IMG/VR virus record: IMGVR_UViG_3300014039_000311
Span: 1-64,000 of that record
Reading direction: 5' to 3' (one strand)
DNA length: 64,000 bases
Source: a virus
Taxonomy: Duplodnaviria > Caudoviricetes
This document shows positions 59,921-64,000 of the stretch, in pieces (position 1 is the stretch's first letter; every line of letters starts with the position of its first letter). A program made the translations under genes and the position numbers. Below the pieces are notes generated by a model. That model was not told the DNA's origin and did no database searches. It worked only from the letters and a program-made list of their open reading frames with translations.

Positions 59921-61447
59921 TCAGAAATTTAACTTCTTCATTATGGCATCCGTCAAGGTATCGATTACCTTGTCGAAAGGTGCCGATGACCCTATTTTCT
60001 CTCCGAATGGCTTCTCTCCCTTTGCACTTTCGTCATTCCAATCCTTAGCACCGTTCTTGGCAACCTCAGTATTAGGAGGGGTGGTCATAGGCTTCTTCCT
60101 ATATGCAGGATGTTTGCCGAATACATTAAGTTCACTTTCACGTATTGTACGTTTGTCCTTACGGTTTCTACTCTCGTAGAAGTCATCGTCGTCTCCGTAA
60201 TTTGCGGTATCATTCGCAAGGACATCGCCTTTTACGCCCTCGAAATCATCATCATCGTCAAGGTCAAAGCTGTCGAGGTCTACATCATATTGGTTTTCGC
60301 CACCGTTGTCTTCCCAATCGTTGTATTCTTTTTCGAAATCAAGATAAGAACCTCCATCTTCAACTTCTGGGAAAGGTACGTCATCGTGGTCTTCCTCTTC
60401 AGATGGCATACCAGCGACATCGTCCACATTGTTCGAATCCTCGTTCACCTTTTCGGTATAAGGGGCATCGTCACCGATTTCTCCGTTACCAGGCGTAGGT
60501 GAGTTCTGATTATCAGTGTCATGCACTGTTTTTTCCTCGTTCACATCGGATGGTTTCTCAGTGAAAGGTGCTTTATTACCAATTTCTGTACCCTTTGAAG
60601 TATCAAGATAATCCTTGCTCTTACTCCAAGCAAGCACTTGTTCCTCGGTCAGTTTGAATGTCCTATGCTGTGCCTCATCCACCTTTGCCACTTTTCCTCC
60701 CGATGGTTTCTTGGTCGCTACTGAATTGTCAGGAGCGTATTTTGCGTTCTCTGAGTAGGTATCTTCTCCGTTCCCGTTAGGCTTCTTATCGGACTGCATA
60801 TCTTTGTCTGTAACATTTGCGTCGTTGTCATAAGGCTGTCCTTCTTTTTTAGGGTCAGTGCTTGTCTGCTTGGTGTCTTTATCTCCGTTTGCCATAGCAG
60901 TGTCAGTGAAAGGAGAATTTACCTTATCCTTTGATGGGTTTGATGCAGGTGCTTCAGGTAAAGTGTGTTCAGCAGGTAATATACCCTTGTCCTCTTTCAA
61001 AATAACGGCTACATTGTTTGTGATTTGTTTAAAACGTTCCAACTCTGACCTCATTTCTTTGGTTTCATTGATTTGCCATTCAGACGATTCAACAGGCTTG
61101 AATTGTTGAATTTCTACTTTATGCGTGTTTGCCTCGTTGATTGACATCATTTTAAGGTCGAATTGTTTTGAAGCCATCGCATATGTCTTGTATTCGTTTT
61201 CCTTACGATTATTCCATCCTCCAATGTAATCAAAGTCCTCAGCAAGAACCTCAGTATCTTTCTTAGGTGCTACCTTGATGTAGAACTTATTACATTCGTG
61301 GATAATTCCATATGTCTTGCCGTCAGCGGCTTTCATCTTATATTCTACGATAGGTTTAGAACCGCCAGTGTTAACAACTTGTTCATTAATGCCATAGCCC
61401 ATAAGCTCTTTCATTCTCTGAACTTCACTTTCGTTTTGATAATTCAT
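59921..61447 (-). CDS. Acidic low-complexity prohead/internal protein
   Basis: Many [IV]NE/LKE/IRE sites; repeated IGxxAP[FY] motifs similar to the scaffold's GDTAPFD. Confidence 0.6.
   Translation of the reverse strand: MNYQNESEVQRMKELMGYGINEQVVNTGGSKPIVEYKMKAADGKTYGIIHECNKFYIKVAPKKDTEVLAEDFDYIGGWNNRKENEYKTYAMASKQFDLKMMSINEANTHKVEIQQFKPVESSEWQINETKEMRSELERFKQITNNVAVILKEDKGILPAEHTLPEAPASNPSKDKVNSPFTDTAMANGDKDTKQTSTDPKKEGQPYDNDANVTDKDMQSDKKPNGNGEDTYSENAKYAPDNSVATKKPSGGKVAKVDEAQHRTFKLTEEQVLAWSKSKDYLDTSKGTEIGNKAPFTEKPSDVNEEKTVHDTDNQNSPTPGNGEIGDDAPYTEKVNEDSNNVDDVAGMPSEEEDHDDVPFPEVEDGGSYLDFEKEYNDWEDNGGENQYDVDLDSFDLDDDDDFEGVKGDVLANDTANYGDDDDFYESRNRKDKRTIRESELNVFGKHPAYRKKPMTTPPNTEVAKNGAKDWNDESAKGEKPFGEKIGSSAPFDKVIDTLTDAIMKKLNF
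59924..59930 (-). other. Candidate -1 programmed ribosomal frameshift site A_AAT_TTC
   Basis: X_XXY_YYZ heptamer in the correct phase, immediately before the TGA of the 508-aa ORF; the -1 frame continues into the 59337 ORF. Confidence 0.6.
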
Positions 61448-61507
61448 ATTTAATTAACTAAATAGTTTTATTAATAATAAATATATTGATATGACGATAA
61501 ATTTATC

Positions 61508-63310
61508 CTAAATATTTCTTTTTCCTTCGGTAATGCTATTTACCTTGTCATAGGCTTTATTGGCGATGTTCCAAATTTTATCGATATATTTCATTCGCCG
61601 TATCAATTTATATATTATATTGCCGCTACTCATTTCTTTTTGACGGCTTTTTAGACCTTCAGCCCTGAGATTTTTTAGACGGTTGAAAATCTTCTCGACT
61701 TTTTGACCAAGAATCTCTATTTTATGTCTATCATTCTCATTGTCTATCTGATTATCAATCTTGTCGATTTCAGTCATTACCTTTGCTGAGTAATCTTTTA
61801 TATATTTGGCATTAAGTCTGGCATCTTGGAAATCGGAAGGTTCTACGACCCAATTGTTGTCCTCAAGTGAATATTTGCCGCTTGAAGGATTTTTTTCGCT
61901 GGAATCCTCTACACTGATTTCAATAGGGTAGCCGTATATCTTTAATGTCTTATGGTTCTTTAACCACACCTCTTTCTTTGCTTTGAAGTAATCATCAACA
62001 AATTCAGGTTTCTTATATATTTTCTTGAAATCATATAAAATATGCAAGTCAACATCAGAATATCTTGACCAATTGTAGTTCGCCAATGAGCCTGTAAATT
62101 GTATGTCGACGGGTTTGACCCATGATACCGATAATTCTTTGATAAAATCATCGGCAATATCCAATAAGCGTAATCTTACTTTTGAAGATAGAAGGTATTT
62201 ATCTTTCTTATTATCCTTCACCCAAAATTTTTCATTCAATGTATTTCGAATATTAAATGAATTGAGATTTAATTCCGAAGAATTTACCTCGTTTATATTA
62301 TAATTTATACTTTCATTTTTCATCTTATCTATCATTGCTAAAGCTTCCGTCCTATTATAATATTTTGGTGACGAGGTATTATTGTTCCCCTCGTATATAT
62401 AGCAAGCTTCAATGGCATTAGGCATAATTAGTCCTTTATAACCTACTTTTGAGAACTTAGTTCCATAACGACCATTTGATGACACTACATTACCCTTATG
62501 ATATTTTCCCATATTTCTGTCTGATATTGGTTTTCCTGTATACACAGAAATCTCACAGTCATCAACAAACGAGTTTTCGAAATCATAATCCAAGACTATC
62601 TTATCAGTATCAAGATGGTTTGAATTTATTACTAATACCACCATTTTCCCACCGATATCCCTTGAATAACTTAAAGCATATTCCTCAGCAATAGCATAAT
62701 CGCTTGTTAGGAATACAAAGCTATCGTTATCGACATCGAATATTGAATTTTCTTTTGTGGGTCTTAAACCTTTATGGAGTATAGATGATAAATAGCGTGA
62801 GGTAGTGCCGTGATACAATTGTTTGGTTAATGGTATGTCTAAAGGCTTTGAATTCGGTATATCGACGAGTTTACCATTTATTTCTAATTTATTTATCTTA
62901 TTTTTAAATTGAACGAGATTTAATAATTCGTATAATTCTTTCGAGTTGTATACATCATAGCTCTCGTTATTAATGGATAAAACATAACCATTATGTTCCC
63001 AAAATATTTGACCTACTAAGATTTTCGGCATATTCTCAAAGTTGAATAAGGCATCGTACATATTTCGATAATAGTGGTTACTGAATATGTCTCTTAAATT
63101 ACCATTCTCATCAAATATGATGTCATACATTCCTTTATAACGTTGACATAACTTTTGTAATAATGATACTGTCCTATCAATATCATAATCTCTTTGTCGT
63201 AGTCCATCGTAATTGAATATGTAAACGTTCCCTCTGAAAACGACGATTATATCATTCTCTCTTAGTTGTTTATCAAAATTATTATCCGCCAACTTTAAAT
63301 CATTCAACAT
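61508..63310 (-). CDS. Fusion of ADP-ribosyltransferase-like (Tpt1/KptA-like) and Pol-beta-type nucleotidyltransferase domains
   Basis: LYHGT...IL..GL.P...VFLT....A..YA; linker KNE..INE; FTGSLANYNWSRYSDVDLHI (GS...DxD) and a third acidic residue in YPIEIS. Confidence 0.7.
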   Translation of the reverse strand: MLNDLKLADNNFDKQLRENDIIVVFRGNVYIFNYDGLRQRDYDIDRTVSLLQKLCQRYKGMYDIIFDENGNLRDIFSNHYYRNMYDALFNFENMPKILVGQIFWEHNGYVLSINNESYDVYNSKELYELLNLVQFKNKINKLEINGKLVDIPNSKPLDIPLTKQLYHGTTSRYLSSILHKGLRPTKENSIFDVDNDSFVFLTSDYAIAEEYALSYSRDIGGKMVVLVINSNHLDTDKIVLDYDFENSFVDDCEISVYTGKPISDRNMGKYHKGNVVSSNGRYGTKFSKVGYKGLIMPNAIEACYIYEGNNNTSSPKYYNRTEALAMIDKMKNESINYNINEVNSSELNLNSFNIRNTLNEKFWVKDNKKDKYLLSSKVRLRLLDIADDFIKELSVSWVKPVDIQFTGSLANYNWSRYSDVDLHILYDFKKIYKKPEFVDDYFKAKKEVWLKNHKTLKIYGYPIEISVEDSSEKNPSSGKYSLEDNNWVVEPSDFQDARLNAKYIKDYSAKVMTEIDKIDNQIDNENDRHKIEILGQKVEKIFNRLKNLRAEGLKSRQKEMSSGNIIYKLIRRMKYIDKIWNIANKAYDKVNSITEGKRNI

Positions 63311-63370
63311 ATTTTAGAAACTTTAACTATAAAATAAATAGAAAACTTTTGTTGTTTCAAAATAATGTTG

Positions 63371-63378
63371 TATCTTTG
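63371..63378 (+). promoter_or_regulatory. Bacteroidetes-type promoter for clpX
   Basis: TATCTTTG with TTTG at 63348-63351 (19-nt spacer). Confidence 0.7.
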
Positions 63379-63419
63379 CAACGAGAAAATCAAAATGTTA
63401 ATTAAAAATTAAAGGTTAA

Positions 63420-64000
63420 ATGTCAGAAAAGAACAGTATTGTTAAGGCTAATAACAAAGAAAGCAAGGAGATAAATAACGCCAATAACGAAAAGAATTTC
63501 TTTATGCCATCTCCGAAACAATTATATAATCATCTTAGTGATTTCGTTATTGGTCAAGAAGAGGCAAAAAAGGTGTTGTCAGTCACAGTTTACAATCATT
63601 TTAAACGTTTCTTATCCAATGTGTATCACGCAACGGATGGCATCAAAGGGTATGAAAAATTTAAAGATGTAACCATTGACAAATCAAATATGTTGATTTT
63701 GGGAAATACTGGTACAGGCAAAACATATATGATTAAGACTTTATGCAAATATCTACATATTCCTTGTTATGTTGCCGATGCAACGAAGCTAACTGAGTCT
63801 GGTTACGTAGGTGATGATGTCGAGAATATATTGGTAGGTCTTCTCAAAACGTGCGATTATAACATAGAACAAGCGCAATGTGGCATCGTAATCATTGATG
63901 AATTTGATAAAATCGCCACTAAGGGCGAAAATATGTCGATAACACGTGATGTCAGTGGAGAGGGTGTGCAACAAGGTTTATTGAAAATTGTCGAAGGTGG
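63420..64000 (+). CDS. clpX: ClpX ATPase, partial (runs off window), no N-terminal zinc-binding domain
   Basis: Translated by hand: [78 protein letters not shown]. Confidence 0.92.
   Translation, partial: MSEKNSIVKANNKESKEINNANNEKNFFMPSPKQLYNHLSDFVIGQEEAKKVLSVTVYNHFKRFLSNVYHATDGIKGYEKFKDVTIDKSNMLILGNTGTGKTYMIKTLCKYLHIPCYVADATKLTESGYVGDDVENILVGLLKTCDYNIEQAQCGIVIIDEFDKIATKGENMSITRDVSGEGVQQGLLKIVEG

Noticed and set aside
1-64000. Genome-wide TAG-to-Gln recoding (Lak/crAss-like code 15)
   Set aside because: Genes are long and intact in the standard code, and TAG terminates several genes at sensible positions; only one internal amber was seen
1-64000. tRNA or rRNA genes, integrase, att sites
   Set aside because: No cloverleaf-like or rRNA-like sequence recognised in the short intergenic gaps, and no recombinase ORF

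Overview
AT-rich 64 kb segment of a large T4-like (myovirus-type) jumbo phage genome in the standard genetic code. The host is probably a Bacteroidetes: TAnnTTTG promoter motifs precede several genes and leaders are A-rich. The window holds a family-B DNA polymerase, tail-fibre/baseplate genes, a nucleotide-metabolism/glycosyltransferase/sigma-factor block, the T4-like head module (terminase, portal, prohead protease, scaffold, major capsid protein), seven free-standing homing-endonuclease-like genes and the 5' end of clpX. Most notable: (1) polB is fractured inside its catalytic GD|TD motif by a naturally split intein (IntN about 188 aa, IntC 33 aa), with two endonuclease genes of different architecture between the halves; (2) a candidate programmed -1 frameshift (A_AAT_TTC at 59930-59924) joins two acidic head-type ORFs; (3) a recurrent candidate late promoter, TATTTAT, matches the T4 late promoter in reverse complement, and a candidate cognate sigma factor is present; (4) several probable capsid-packaged modular proteins carry effector domains (ADP-ribosyltransferase-like plus nucleotidyltransferase, kinase-like, zincin, WYL) bounded by [ILV]-x-E protease-type sites; (5) a foreign-looking, 5'-truncated Crp/Fnr fragment at the left edge appears to have overwritten a phage endonuclease gene. 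Family assignments come from motif recognition only; no database searches were run.
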